A DNA stretch of 64,000 nt. It comes from a virus. Position 1 is the stretch's first letter. Each line of letters starts with the position of its first letter. The translations under genes were made by a program, and so were the position numbers. The stretch lies in the IMG/VR virus record IMGVR_UViG_3300030104_005320, positions 32,001-96,000 of that record; one strand, given 5' to 3'. The notes beneath the pieces are model-generated. The model did no database searches, had not been told where the DNA came from, and worked only from the letters and a program-made list of their open reading frames with translations. This document shows, one piece after another, positions 18,357 to 28,326 of the stretch.

Positions 18357-18680
18357 ATGTTGGAATTTTTTAAGCAGCTAAGTGTTTTTCAGTGGATTTT
18401 AATTGGGTGCGGTTTATTTTTGTTATTGCCCAATGTGGTTGATCTTTTCAAAAGGATACCGATGCCAAAAATTAATAACACACCTAAAGACAGTAGCTCA
18501 CACGCTCTAACGAACATAGTTTGCGAGTGGGAGTGTCTTTACGAGTCTTGCAAGAGTAAAAATCTCTTAGATGCTTGCGATCAACTTGAAAAAGTTTTTC
18601 CCTTACTGGTAAAGGTTAGGGAAGATAATAATAATCCAAAAACTTATACGGAGGAGAATACGTGCAAATCAGAACTATAA
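18357..18680 (+). CDS. membrane-anchored hypothetical protein
   Basis: N-terminal TM helix. Confidence 0.6.
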   Translation: MLEFFKQLSVFQWILIGCGLFLLLPNVVDLFKRIPMPKINNTPKDSSSHALTNIVCEWECLYESCKSKNLLDACDQLEKVFPLLVKVREDNNNPKTYTEENTCKSEL

Positions 18681-19114
18681 TAGGCGTGATAGTTGTTGTA
18701 GTTGGATTATTTTGGGTACAGATTCAGGAAGGGATTCCTGATATCGTTCCTGATGTTAGACCGGCTGTAGAGATAAACATAGACGAACCGACTCCTGAAA
18801 TAAAAGAAAAAGTATTAAGTATTGCCTCTCTTGTTACCGATACTAAAGATAGGTTAAATCTTTGTATCTTTAACAAAATTTTTTCAGAGAGAGTTCGAGA
18901 CTACCCAGCAGATGCCCAACAATTAAACGATGTATACACTGAGGCCGCAAAGATATTTTTTGGGGAGACTCTGAGGGGCAAGTATACTGGGTATTCAGAA
19001 GGTATTCAAAAGCTTATGTCTGACATAGTTGGTCAGGAGAATCATGAGCTAACACAAGAAGAAAAAAATAAACTAGCACAAGTTTTTAATGGTTTAGCTT
19101 GGGCACTGAAATAA
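18662..19114 (+). CDS. membrane-anchored or secreted helical protein
   Basis: GGAGGAG RBS, GTG start, N-terminal TM helix. Confidence 0.65.
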   Translation: MQIRTIIGVIVVVVGLFWVQIQEGIPDIVPDVRPAVEINIDEPTPEIKEKVLSIASLVTDTKDRLNLCIFNKIFSERVRDYPADAQQLNDVYTEAAKIFFGETLRGKYTGYSEGIQKLMSDIVGQENHELTQEEKNKLAQVFNGLAWALK

Positions 19115-19124
19115 GGATTTTTAT

Positions 19125-19370
19125 ATGGAAATATTAAAAGCTGTAATTAGCTCTGTACAATCTGAAATTGACTTAGCTTCATTTGAGATGAATATGATAC
19201 TAAATGACCAAACACAACCTGATGCTATAAGTAAATTTAAAAAAGCACTTGCCGCCCATAGTAAGGCCAAATCGCAAATGCAAATTTTAGATTCGATTAG
19301 AGAGCAGATACAACAAAATATTGAGAAAAACAATGAAAGTAAAAATAACCCTACTACTGACTCAGATTAA
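19125..19370 (+). CDS. hypothetical coiled-coil protein
   Basis: 81-aa ORF with AAGGA RBS. Confidence 0.6.
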   Translation: MEILKAVISSVQSEIDLASFEMNMILNDQTQPDAISKFKKALAAHSKAKSQMQILDSIREQIQQNIEKNNESKNNPTTDSD

Positions 19371-19704
19371 TACATTAGCGAATCCTATGTCAGACGATTT
19401 TATGCGTCTTTTTTTAGATGACGATGGAAATTTACCTAATAGATATGTGACCACCAAGACGATAAAAGAAACACTACAAGATCTTTATAATCAATTTTCA
19501 AGTTTAGAAGTGGATTGGGCCACTCCTACCCTAGAAGACTTTAGACACGTTTCCCAGTCTACAGAGTGTGAAGCCTTGTATTTTGTTAGAATACCTCAAA
19601 TAGATGGGTTTAATAAAAACGGCACTCTCGTTAGCCTTAATAATGTAGAATTAGAGGATTTTTATGAACAAGCCATCATCAGACAGCCAAGAAGCATATA
19701 TTAA
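19321..19704 (+). CDS. hypothetical protein
   Basis: ORF in operon context. Confidence 0.55.
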   Translation: MRKTMKVKITLLLTQINTLANPMSDDFMRLFLDDDGNLPNRYVTTKTIKETLQDLYNQFSSLEVDWATPTLEDFRHVSQSTECEALYFVRIPQIDGFNKNGTLVSLNNVELEDFYEQAIIRQPRSIY

Positions 19705-20011
19705 TTCAGAAGAAGAAATAGCGGCAAAACTTTCCGTGTTTGTAGACAACGAAGGCGAGATAATGTACAACTGCGATTGGGAGCCAACACAAGAAGGTTT
19801 GATTGGTATAGCTTCTATTTTTTATAAACTTTTAATAGATGATTTATCCGATCAAATTTTTGAGGAAGTGAAAGCACAATGCGTATCAAATAATACGGAG
19901 GAAGACTTCATGGCTATCGATAATCTAATTAAAGCTTATTCTTCTACACAAACGGCAACTAATTCAAACGATGAACTAGTCGTTCCTCCTGATAGAATTA
20001 TGAATATATAA
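19664..20011 (+). CDS. acidic hypothetical protein
   Basis: ORF with GAGGA RBS. Confidence 0.6.
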   Translation: MNKPSSDSQEAYINSEEEIAAKLSVFVDNEGEIMYNCDWEPTQEGLIGIASIFYKLLIDDLSDQIFEEVKAQCVSNNTEEDFMAIDNLIKAYSSTQTATNSNDELVVPPDRIMNI

Positions 20012-20038
20012 GACGCTTTATAAAAACGGAGAGCGGAT

Positions 20039-20674
20039 ATGTTTACGCACAAAAAAATAGCTTGGCAAAGCTGGAATGCGTTGGTTCATCAATCTTTAGC
20101 GGAAGAACAAGAAATGCTAAAAGAGCTTGAAGAAGAGATGCAATCAGGGGGCGGCGTCCCTCCAGAGGGAGCTTCTTTTCTTCCGGTTGAATCTTTTCAA
20201 CAAAGGGTTTTACATACTCCGGTGGGCATTTATCCCATGGATTCTTTGTTTAAACCCTCTGACAGATGGGACTGCTGGATCGGGCACACTAACTTTGACA
20301 TAACCCATGCTGTAAAAAATGATCTATCAAAAGTGGCTGGAGTTGAGGCTGTAAGAATTTTAGGAAGATATACATTTTTTATTGGAATTGCAAAGCTTTT
20401 CGACATTAAAGATGTTAGGATGAATATTGAAAAACAATTATGCGTCTATACAGAACGAGAAGTTTTGTCTGACGAACAAACACAAGCGACTGTAGATATG
20501 GTCAAAGAACAACTAAAGACTAAAAAATATTGGTCCATATTAGTGGCCCCTACCGGAAAGGTCGATTATGTTGTCTCAGACGATCTAGATAAAGCTTACT
20601 TAGACGGTTTGAATGAACTATTGGAACTTAAACAATTACTAGGCGGAATTATTTTAAGAGGAGATTATGGATAA
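20039..20674 (+). CDS. hypothetical protein
   Basis: 211-aa ORF with GGAGAG RBS, coupled to the sigma gene. Confidence 0.7.
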   Translation: MFTHKKIAWQSWNALVHQSLAEEQEMLKELEEEMQSGGGVPPEGASFLPVESFQQRVLHTPVGIYPMDSLFKPSDRWDCWIGHTNFDITHAVKNDLSKVAGVEAVRILGRYTFFIGIAKLFDIKDVRMNIEKQLCVYTEREVLSDEQTQATVDMVKEQLKTKKYWSILVAPTGKVDYVVSDDLDKAYLDGLNELLELKQLLGGIILRGDYG

Positions 20675-21131
20675 AATTTTTGAAGACCACTGGAATAAAA
20701 TTGACATACAAAATATCATGAACAAAGTTGCTGGCAGATATAAAACAGCAATAGATTTTGACGATATAGAGTCCATCAAAATGCAAACATTATGGAAATG
20801 TATTCAAAAGTACGATAAAACTAGAGGATCTAAATTTACGTCTTATCTTTATCAGCAGCTTTCTTTTGCATTTAAGAACAGACTAAAATCTAAAAAAATG
20901 GAGTTTGCTAATTCCGATATAGAAAAACAAGACTTCAATACAGGAAATAAGTATGAGATCATAGATATATTAACCGGCTTAGATCCTGAGCTAAAAGAGG
21001 TAATAAATCAAAGATTTTATCACAATATGACCATGGTAGAAATCGGACACGCCAATGGGTATAGCAGAGAAACGGCTAGAAGGCGTTTAAAAAAGGCTAT
21101 AAAAACATGCAAAAAAAACTGCATTTCTTAA
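20667..21131 (+). CDS. phage-encoded sigma70-family sigma factor (regions 2 and 4)
   Basis: LWKCIQKYDKTRGSKFTSYLY (region 2); L....KEVINQRFYHNMTMVEIGHANGYSRETARRRLKKA (region 4 HTH). Confidence 0.85.
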   Translation: MDKIFEDHWNKIDIQNIMNKVAGRYKTAIDFDDIESIKMQTLWKCIQKYDKTRGSKFTSYLYQQLSFAFKNRLKSKKMEFANSDIEKQDFNTGNKYEIIDILTGLDPELKEVINQRFYHNMTMVEIGHANGYSRETARRRLKKAIKTCKKNCIS

Positions 21132-21138
21132 CGTAAAT

Positions 21139-21149
21139 TTGTGTATATC
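21139..21149 (+). promoter_or_regulatory. TTGTGTATATC motif copy
   Basis: Intergenic, upstream of structural-type gene 21235. Confidence 0.5.
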
Positions 21150-21234
21150 TTATTTAGGAACTGGATCTCTTTTTGGAAAAATTGGAAATATGAAAATTTT
21201 ACATTCTATTAAATTTTAGAAGGAGATTCTAATT

Positions 21235-21906
21235 ATGGCAGTTCCCGGCAACACGGCTGATTACCTGAAGAATACCACCGGTGGTGCGTTTGTTCAAACC
21301 AACGAAGGTGGTACTATTCTAGGTAACACTTCGACAGGCACAGCTATCACTAAAGCATTAGCTTTAAAAGATAACGCAACAGATTTTCCAAGATCGCCAA
21401 TTCCGGTTAATAAGGCCAACGGTCTTATCGGAAATCACAAACCTCTTACTGCGGGCACGTTCGCTTACGAGGCAGAAGGCAATTACACCATCGCCGCTTC
21501 AAGCACTACCATCTCTGGTGTTGCTAGTACAAAGGTGTTGATTACTAGTGCTTCTCCACGAGAAGCTATTCATCGCTTCATGCACTCCTTTGGTGCTAAA
21601 ACTGTCACAGCATTTCGTGCTGGCCGCTTTAGCTGGACATCTACCAAGCGTACTGGTGCGGCTCTTGCCGCCAGAATTAACTGGCTCAATATCGCTTCTG
21701 GCGGTATGGACACTGCGTCTGCTCCAGCCGCTCTCAATGAGAACATGTGGGACCCAAGTGCTGGCTCTGTTTCGGCTAACAGCGACGTTGCTGCTAACCC
21801 AACAAGAGCGGTTCCGGGTTCGCTTGTTATGAAAGTTGACTTTGTTGACTTGGACGAAGCCACTGGTGGTGACTTCTTCGTTTACAAAGCAATTACAGGT
21901 ATGTAA
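21235..21906 (+). CDS. putative virion structural protein
   Basis: A/G/T-rich 223 aa, strong AAGGAG RBS, own terminator. Confidence 0.55.
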   Translation: MAVPGNTADYLKNTTGGAFVQTNEGGTILGNTSTGTAITKALALKDNATDFPRSPIPVNKANGLIGNHKPLTAGTFAYEAEGNYTIAASSTTISGVASTKVLITSASPREAIHRFMHSFGAKTVTAFRAGRFSWTSTKRTGAALAARINWLNIASGGMDTASAPAALNENMWDPSAGSVSANSDVAANPTRAVPGSLVMKVDFVDLDEATGGDFFVYKAITGM

Positions 21907-21918
21907 ACCTAAAACTCT

Positions 21919-21943
21919 GGGGCCGTTAATTCGGCCCTCTTTT
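21919..21943 (+). terminator. intrinsic terminator
   Basis: GGGCCG-TTAATT-CGGCCC followed by TCTTTT. Confidence 0.75.
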
Positions 21944-21974
21944 CTATTTTTAACATTACATACTGGGTATCAAA

Positions 21975-22295
21975 ATGAACGAAGCTTGGAGTCTAGCAAA
22001 CGATATAGCGGGGGTCATAGGCATGTTTTTAGTTCCCATCACCGGATGGGTTCTGTGGACTATAGTGACTCACGGGAAACAAATAATAGTATTGGAGCAG
22101 CGTGTGAACGATTCTTTAAACCAACGTATGAGATCTATAGAAAAAAGAGTAGCAGGAGTGGAAGAAAAAGTTGACGAGATTAGCGAAAATGTAACGGAGT
22201 GCAAGATCGTTATCAATGACAACAAAGCACTTCATACTCAGATCAACAGCAAGTTCGACACTCTCATAGACAAGATGAATGATATGAATTATTAA
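21975..22295 (+). CDS. TM plus coiled-coil protein (holin-like)
   Basis: N-terminal TM helix followed by heptad repeats. Confidence 0.5.
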   Translation: MNEAWSLANDIAGVIGMFLVPITGWVLWTIVTHGKQIIVLEQRVNDSLNQRMRSIEKRVAGVEEKVDEISENVTECKIVINDNKALHTQINSKFDTLIDKMNDMNY

Positions 22296-22317
22296 TTATT
22301 TTTTTTATCATTTTTAG

Positions 22318-22352
22318 AAACCGTTTGTGCGTATGTATAAACGGTTTTTTTT
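22318..22352 (+). terminator. intrinsic terminator
   Basis: AAACCGTTTGTGC-GTAT-GTATAAACGGTTT followed by a T run. Confidence 0.7.
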
Positions 22353-22361
22353 GTTTTTCAG

Positions 22362-22391
22362 TTGGCAAATGCTCGTTGCTAGTAGTATAAT
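22362..22391 (+). promoter_or_regulatory. sigma70-type promoter for the nrd operon
   Basis: TTGGCA-N18-TATAAT; same -35 hexamer as at 8243. Confidence 0.55.
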
Positions 22392-22441
22392 AACTTGTAA
22401 CAAACGCCATTCATAATATATCAACACATAAAGAGGACACG

Positions 22442-24670
22442 ATGCAAGTCGCAAAAAGAGACGGAGACAAAGAAGAGTTCTCCGTAGAGAAGATTCATAA
22501 AGTAGTGGAGTGGGCTACAAACGGTATAAATGGAGTGTCCTTTTCAGATATCGAAATGAACGCCAATCTATCTTTATATGATGGCATATCTACTACAGAA
22601 ATTCATCAGATACTTATTAAGTCCGCCAACGATCTTATATCAACATCGACTCCCAACTATCAATATGTTGCAGCTAGACTTTTAAATATGCAATTGAGAA
22701 AACAGGTATGGGGCTGTGGAGACGAGGCTACGCCCTTTGCTTTGTTTCTAGAGAGAAATGTTGATAACGGAATATACGATCCTTCGGTTCTGGAAAAATG
22801 GACCGCTGAAGATGTTGAAGTGTTTTGCAATTACATTAATCACGAACGGGACGATTTGTTTACATATGCTGGGTTACAGCAGATGATAGATAAATACTTG
22901 GTAAAAAACAGAAGCACTGGCAGGATATATGAAACACCACAATTTGCTTATATGTGTATAGCCATGTGTTTATTCGAAACTACTTCAGAAGTAAAGAACG
23001 CATATGACTGCTACTCCACGTTTCAAATCAATCTGCCCACCCCGATTATGGCGGGCGTTAGAACTAACATACGGCAGTTTGCTTCTTGTGTTCTTGTTGA
23101 TGTTGATGATAACTTGGATGGTATTTTTAGTAGTATACACGCCGTTGGAAAATACACTGCAAGGCGGGCGGGGATCGGGCTCAACATCGGAAGAATGAGG
23201 CCAATCAATTCGCCCATCAGAGGCGGCGAGGTTATCCACACTGGCCTCATACCATATCTTAAAAACTTTGAGTCCGCTGTAAAGTCAACAAGCCAAAACG
23301 GCTTACGTGGCGGTTCGGCCACTGTTCATGTTCCTTTCTGGCATTATGAAATTGAAGATATTATGGTTCTCAAAAACAATGCGGGCACAGACGATAATAG
23401 AGTAAGAAAGCTTGACTACTCTATACAGTTTTGTAAGTTGTTTTACGAAAGGCTTGTTGCCAATGAAGACATAACGCTGTTCAGCCCCAACGAAGCCAAG
23501 GGTCTTTATGAAGCCTTTGGAGACAATGAAAAGTTTGAAGAGCTTTATCTTAAATACGAAGAATCTAAAAGTCTTAAGTTTAGAAAAAAGATTTCCGCTA
23601 GGAAGTTGGCCGAGATTTTTGCGAGGGAAAGATTGGAGACGGGACGAATATACTCTATGAACATTGACACCGCAAATGAACACGGATCTTGGGATGTTCC
23701 TTGTTATATGTCTAATTTATGTCAAGAGATCATACATCCAACAGTACCAATTAAATCTATAGACGATCCAAATGGCGAGATTGGAATATGTATTCTTTCT
23801 GCTTTGAATTTGCTAGAATTATCAACCGAGAAAGATATACAAAAAGCATGTCGAATGGCTGTCAGAACTTTAGAGTCTGTTATAGATTATCAAGACTATC
23901 CAGTTATAGCGGGAGAAAACTTTACTAAAAATAGAAGGTCTTTAGGGATTGGTATTACTAATCTAGCTGGCTTCCTAGCTAAAAACAAACTAAAGTACGG
24001 AGATAAGGAAGCACTTGAATTAGTTCATGAAACGATGGAGCAGATTCAATGGAACCTCCTCAATGCCAGTTGTGATCTAGCAAAAGAAAAGGGTGCATGT
24101 GCTAAGTTCCACGAGACAAAATACGCAAGAGGATTGCTGCCGGTTGACTGGTACAAAAAGACTGTTGATGAATTGGTTAAGCCAAACTACAACATGGACT
24201 GGGAGAGCTTAAGAAAGAGAATAGAAAAATATGGACTAAGACATTCTACTCTGTCGGCAATCATGCCTTGTGAGTCCTCTAGCGTCATTCAGAACAGCAC
24301 AAACGGCATTGAGCCTGTACGTAGCTTGCTTTTATACAAGAAGGCTAAAAACGGAATATTGAAACAATTAGTGCCAAATTATCATATGAGAAAAAAATAC
24401 TACACTATGGCTTGGGAAATGACCGATAACAAAGGTATGATGGACACAGCCGCTGTAATACAGAAGTTTGTAGACATGAGTATGAGCACTAATTTGTACT
24501 ACAACTATTCGCACCATGAAGATGGCAATGTTCCCTTGAGCACGTTGATTAGAGATCAAATATACGGATATAAATACGGATTGAAAAATTTCTATTACGC
24601 CAATACTCCAGATGGAGATGGCGATACAGAAAAAGAAATGAATTGTGAATCAGGAGCCTGTGCGATATAA
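22442..24670 (+). CDS. nrdA: class Ia ribonucleotide reductase alpha subunit
   Basis: ATP cone (VAKRDG), QFASCVL, SNLCQEI, GICILS, YY, C-terminal CESGAC. Confidence 0.97.
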   Translation: MQVAKRDGDKEEFSVEKIHKVVEWATNGINGVSFSDIEMNANLSLYDGISTTEIHQILIKSANDLISTSTPNYQYVAARLLNMQLRKQVWGCGDEATPFALFLERNVDNGIYDPSVLEKWTAEDVEVFCNYINHERDDLFTYAGLQQMIDKYLVKNRSTGRIYETPQFAYMCIAMCLFETTSEVKNAYDCYSTFQINLPTPIMAGVRTNIRQFASCVLVDVDDNLDGIFSSIHAVGKYTARRAGIGLNIGRMRPINSPIRGGEVIHTGLIPYLKNFESAVKSTSQNGLRGGSATVHVPFWHYEIEDIMVLKNNAGTDDNRVRKLDYSIQFCKLFYERLVANEDITLFSPNEAKGLYEAFGDNEKFEELYLKYEESKSLKFRKKISARKLAEIFARERLETGRIYSMNIDTANEHGSWDVPCYMSNLCQEIIHPTVPIKSIDDPNGEIGICILSALNLLELSTEKDIQKACRMAVRTLESVIDYQDYPVIAGENFTKNRRSLGIGITNLAGFLAKNKLKYGDKEALELVHETMEQIQWNLLNASCDLAKEKGACAKFHETKYARGLLPVDWYKKTVDELVKPNYNMDWESLRKRIEKYGLRHSTLSAIMPCESSSVIQNSTNGIEPVRSLLLYKKAKNGILKQLVPNYHMRKKYYTMAWEMTDNKGMMDTAAVIQKFVDMSMSTNLYYNYSHHEDGNVPLSTLIRDQIYGYKYGLKNFYYANTPDGDGDTEKEMNCESGACAI

Positions 24671-26238
24671 TGTGCGGTATAGCAGCATACGTTGGTAAAG
24701 ATAACGCATTTGATTTTATATCTAAAGCGTTGATCAAAATGGAATACCGTGGCTATGACAGCTACGGTATGCTTATAGAGAACGAAGAACATAAAGCTCT
24801 TGGTGCTCCGTCTGAAAGTATGCCAAAATTCATAGAAGGAAATAGAGGAATAGGGCACACACGATGGGCCACTCATGGCGAAGTAAGTATCAAAAACTGC
24901 CACCCTGTTACTTATCTTGGTTGTCATGTTGTTCATAACGGCACAGTCGCAAATGAAAAGTACCACCGAACTAGACAGAGAGCTGACTATAACACCGAAA
25001 CAGACACAGAAATAATCGCTTGCGAGCTTTATAGAAGTATTAAGCTACATAAGGCAATTGAAAATCTAGATAGTATAGGAAGTTTTGTGGCTATGGTTGA
25101 TTCAGTTTCTGGCCTAGCCGTCTATAGAGGGTCTAGTCCTCTTTATTATCAGGATGGAAAAATAGCTAGTGACTTAAGAGCCTTTGAGGGAAAAGTTTGT
25201 GTCATACCAGAAAATACATTCTGCATGATCGACGACAGGTTTAGCCCTCCTGAATCGTGGGCAACCGTTGAAGTCGAGAAAGAGATCGAAGGCCATATAG
25301 AATGTCATATGAAACACGAGATTTTATCTCAGTCGTCAATTATGAAAAATTTACAATTAACAAACACTAGAATCTTAGCGGGCAATCCTAGAGTAAAGCT
25401 GGTCGCTTGTGGCAGTAGTTATTATGCTGCTATGATGGCGGCACATTTTATGAACACCCAAGGGGGCTATGATGCAACTGCGGTATATGCCACAGAGTTT
25501 GTGTTCACGGGCCATGAAGGCACTATAATATTTATTAGCCAGAGCGGAGAAACCAAAGACGTTATAGACGCACTAAAATCAGTCTTGGACAGCCCCAAGT
25601 CTTGGAAGTCTTCTATTGATCCGGGCGGTTATGAAAAACTACCAATACATATTTTACAAAACAAAAAAGAATCTACACTGTCACAGTTGTGCGACCATTG
25701 CAAAGTGGTAAACATTGGTGTGGGCTTAGAGGTTGGAGTAGCGGCCACAAAGACATTTACATCTACTGTTCTACAGCTATCATCAATGGCTGGAATGGAA
25801 GTGGATTTGAATAGTGTATCTTCTTCGTTAAATTGGCACGATGAAGAACGGCAAAGTTATCTCGCACAAACCGTGAGCAAATATAAAAATGCTCTTATAT
25901 TAGGCTCTGGAGAATTTTATCCTATAGCCTTAGAGGCGGCCCTGAAGCTAAAAGAAGTTGCATACCTGCACGCAGAAGCCATACCAGCAGACGAGATCAA
26001 ACATGGCCCTATTGCTTTGATAGATGAAAATACAATTTCTATTGTTATTGGAGATATTGATGATAGAATTGAAAACAACGTTAAACAAATAGAGTCTCGT
26101 GGAGGTAAAGTCATAAGACTTAACAATGGCCTCTGGGAAACTCTAGTAGAATTGCAATATCTTTCCTGCGATGTAGCGTTGCTTCGTGGGATAAATCCTG
26201 ACAGACCAAGAAACTTAGCGAAAACGGTAACAGTATGA
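24670..26238 (+). CDS. glmS: glutamine--fructose-6-phosphate aminotransferase (compact)
   Basis: MCGI (Cys1), EYRGYDS, GHTRWATHG, HNG, TDTE, SQSGET, VAATKTFT, ALKLKE, KHGP, PRNLAKTVTV. Confidence 0.95.
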   Translation: MCGIAAYVGKDNAFDFISKALIKMEYRGYDSYGMLIENEEHKALGAPSESMPKFIEGNRGIGHTRWATHGEVSIKNCHPVTYLGCHVVHNGTVANEKYHRTRQRADYNTETDTEIIACELYRSIKLHKAIENLDSIGSFVAMVDSVSGLAVYRGSSPLYYQDGKIASDLRAFEGKVCVIPENTFCMIDDRFSPPESWATVEVEKEIEGHIECHMKHEILSQSSIMKNLQLTNTRILAGNPRVKLVACGSSYYAAMMAAHFMNTQGGYDATAVYATEFVFTGHEGTIIFISQSGETKDVIDALKSVLDSPKSWKSSIDPGGYEKLPIHILQNKKESTLSQLCDHCKVVNIGVGLEVGVAATKTFTSTVLQLSSMAGMEVDLNSVSSSLNWHDEERQSYLAQTVSKYKNALILGSGEFYPIALEAALKLKEVAYLHAEAIPADEIKHGPIALIDENTISIVIGDIDDRIENNVKQIESRGGKVIRLNNGLWETLVELQYLSCDVALLRGINPDRPRNLAKTVTV

Positions 26239-27305
26239 AAACTATTTTTAACACTAAAAATGTAGATCCAATGAGCCAGCCCCTCTTTCTAGGAAAAGAT
26301 TTGGGTGTTCAGCGATATGATATTATAAAGTATCCTGTGTTTAAAGGTCTTGATAGTAAGCAAATGATGAACTTTTGGAGACCAGAAGAAATCGAACTCA
26401 AGAAAGACCGAGGCGATTTTAAAGAGATGTCTGACAATGAGAAGTTTATCTTTACATCCAATCTCAAATACCAAACGATGCTTGATAGCGTCATCTGTCG
26501 CGGCGTTCCAACTCTTCTAGAGTACGTAACAAATACAGAACTAGAAGCCTGCATGATGACTTGGCAGTTCTTTGAGAAGATTCACAGCCAGTCTTACTCG
26601 TACATTATCCAGAACGTATATGCAGATAGCTCAGAAGTATTCGGAGGGATATACGAAGACAAAGAGATTATGAAAAGGGCAAAGAGTGCCATGGATGATT
26701 ACAATAATCTTATGGGGATGGCTTGCGAGTCAACTAAACTGACAGACCTGAAAAAGCAGATCTATATGACTATTGTAAGCATTAACATATTAGAAGCCGT
26801 TAGATTTTATGTGTCGTTTATTTGCTCCTTTGCCTTTGCAGAAAACAAAAAGATGGCCGGAAATGCCGACATCATAAAGCTAATCAAAAGAGATGAAGCG
26901 TTACACCTAGCTAACACTCAAGAGATATTGAAAATATTACACAAAGAAGATAGCGAAGGTTTTGTGAAGGTGGCCCGACAATGCCAAGATGCAGCTTGTG
27001 AAATGTTTGAAAACGCCGCACACGAAGAGAAGCAGTGGGCATCTTATTTGTTTAAGGATGGTTCTATTCTAGGGCTAAACGAGACAGTCTTACACCAGTA
27101 CATTGACTGGCTTTGCATGTCTAGAAGAAAGGCTATCGGTTTGCCATATGAAAGCGTAGGTAAAAATCCAATCGCTGGCTGGACCGGTCCTTGGATGAGC
27201 AGTGAGTCTGTTCAGGTTGCACCACAAGAGCATGAAATTACTAGCTACAAGATTGGAGCCAGCAGAAACGATTTAGAAGATGTGGACTTTGCAGGACTTT
27301 TATAG
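26235..27305 (+). CDS. nrdB: class Ia ribonucleotide reductase beta subunit
   Basis: FWRPEE, QTMLDS, EKIHSQSY, LEAVRFYVSF, RDEALH, VAPQE. Confidence 0.97.
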   Translation: MKTIFNTKNVDPMSQPLFLGKDLGVQRYDIIKYPVFKGLDSKQMMNFWRPEEIELKKDRGDFKEMSDNEKFIFTSNLKYQTMLDSVICRGVPTLLEYVTNTELEACMMTWQFFEKIHSQSYSYIIQNVYADSSEVFGGIYEDKEIMKRAKSAMDDYNNLMGMACESTKLTDLKKQIYMTIVSINILEAVRFYVSFICSFAFAENKKMAGNADIIKLIKRDEALHLANTQEILKILHKEDSEGFVKVARQCQDAACEMFENAAHEEKQWASYLFKDGSILGLNETVLHQYIDWLCMSRRKAIGLPYESVGKNPIAGWTGPWMSSESVQVAPQEHEITSYKIGASRNDLEDVDFAGLL

Positions 27306-27317
27306 TGGAGAACCGTT

Positions 27318-27674
27318 ATGGAAATGAAAAGAACTAGCGTAAATCTTTTTACATTCACGGAAAAGGGAAAAGGCAAACTAGAAATGGTGGTTCTTTCAAA
27401 TAAAAAAGGATACTATGGAATTATAGAAAACGTGTTTGTTGAGCAAGAGTTCAGAAGGAGAGGCATAGCCGCTAAACTTATTAACGAGGCTAAATGTTTA
27501 GCCGAAACTCTAAAGCTTTATAAAATTGTTTTGACATGCAGTAAGGACTTAATTGAGTTTTACGAAAATTGTGGGTTTGAATGGCAGCAAGACGGTCAAG
27601 CATACTGCATGAGATCTGACTTCAAACAAAATATAAATGTTCCAATAAGGAAAACAAATGAAGAACAAAGTTGA
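27318..27674 (+). CDS. GNAT acetyltransferase, glucosamine-6-phosphate N-acetyltransferase (GNA1)-like
   Basis: GIIENVFV...RRRGIA..LI.........YKIVLTC....IEFYENCGF matches the GNA1 pattern (IED..V ... YKI.L.C ... FYEKCGF). Confidence 0.75.
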   Translation: MEMKRTSVNLFTFTEKGKGKLEMVVLSNKKGYYGIIENVFVEQEFRRRGIAAKLINEAKCLAETLKLYKIVLTCSKDLIEFYENCGFEWQQDGQAYCMRSDFKQNINVPIRKTNEEQS

Positions 27675-28326
27675 ACTGCTAGGATATTACGGATCAGATG
27701 AGACTATAGCTTGTAGTGCTTGGACTAGCACTAGTCGTGATTTAACAGACGATAAAAAAGCAAGAATCCCCAAACTGATTGATATGCTATGGAGCAACGG
27801 CCATGAAACACCATTCGAGAAGGGTACTGTTCATTTTCTTGTTGATACTGATATTGCCACTCATATACACCTACTTAAGCATAGAGTTTCTTCGCTTAAT
27901 GCTGAATCAGCTAGATATAAAGAATTAAAAGAAGACAAATTTTATCTACCTCTAGACTGGGGGGAAACTAGAGTCGGATCTTCTTCAATACCAAGGCTCG
28001 CAATAACCGGAGAGCATAGGTGGGTAGATATACTTGCCCAATACACAAACATAGGAAACGAGCTTTATCACAAATGTATTGATGATCTAACTCCGGTAGT
28101 TGGAAGAAAAAGAGCTAAAGAATCTGCAAGATTTTTCAAAACATATAACTCGCAAATTCAGGCTGACGTTATGTTTAACATGAGAAGTTTTGCAAACTTT
28201 CAAAAATTAAGAAATCACAAAGACGCACAGTTAGAAATTAGGGATATAGCTGTTGGGATGTTGGAACTGGTAAAAAACATAGAAGGACAACCATTCAAAC
28301 ATACTTTAAAATCTTGGAATTATTAG
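27658..28326 (+). CDS. thyX: flavin-dependent thymidylate synthase
   Basis: HETPFE, KHR.SS....SARY, NMRSF.NF..LR....AQLEIR. Confidence 0.92.
   Translation: MKNKVELLGYYGSDETIACSAWTSTSRDLTDDKKARIPKLIDMLWSNGHETPFEKGTVHFLVDTDIATHIHLLKHRVSSLNAESARYKELKEDKFYLPLDWGETRVGSSSIPRLAITGEHRWVDILAQYTNIGNELYHKCIDDLTPVVGRKRAKESARFFKTYNSQIQADVMFNMRSFANFQKLRNHKDAQLEIRDIAVGMLELVKNIEGQPFKHTLKSWNY

Noticed and set aside
24670-26238. Homing endonuclease or mobile insertion between nrdA and nrdB
   Set aside because: The inserted ORF is clearly GlmS, with no HNH, GIY-YIG or LAGLIDADG motifs
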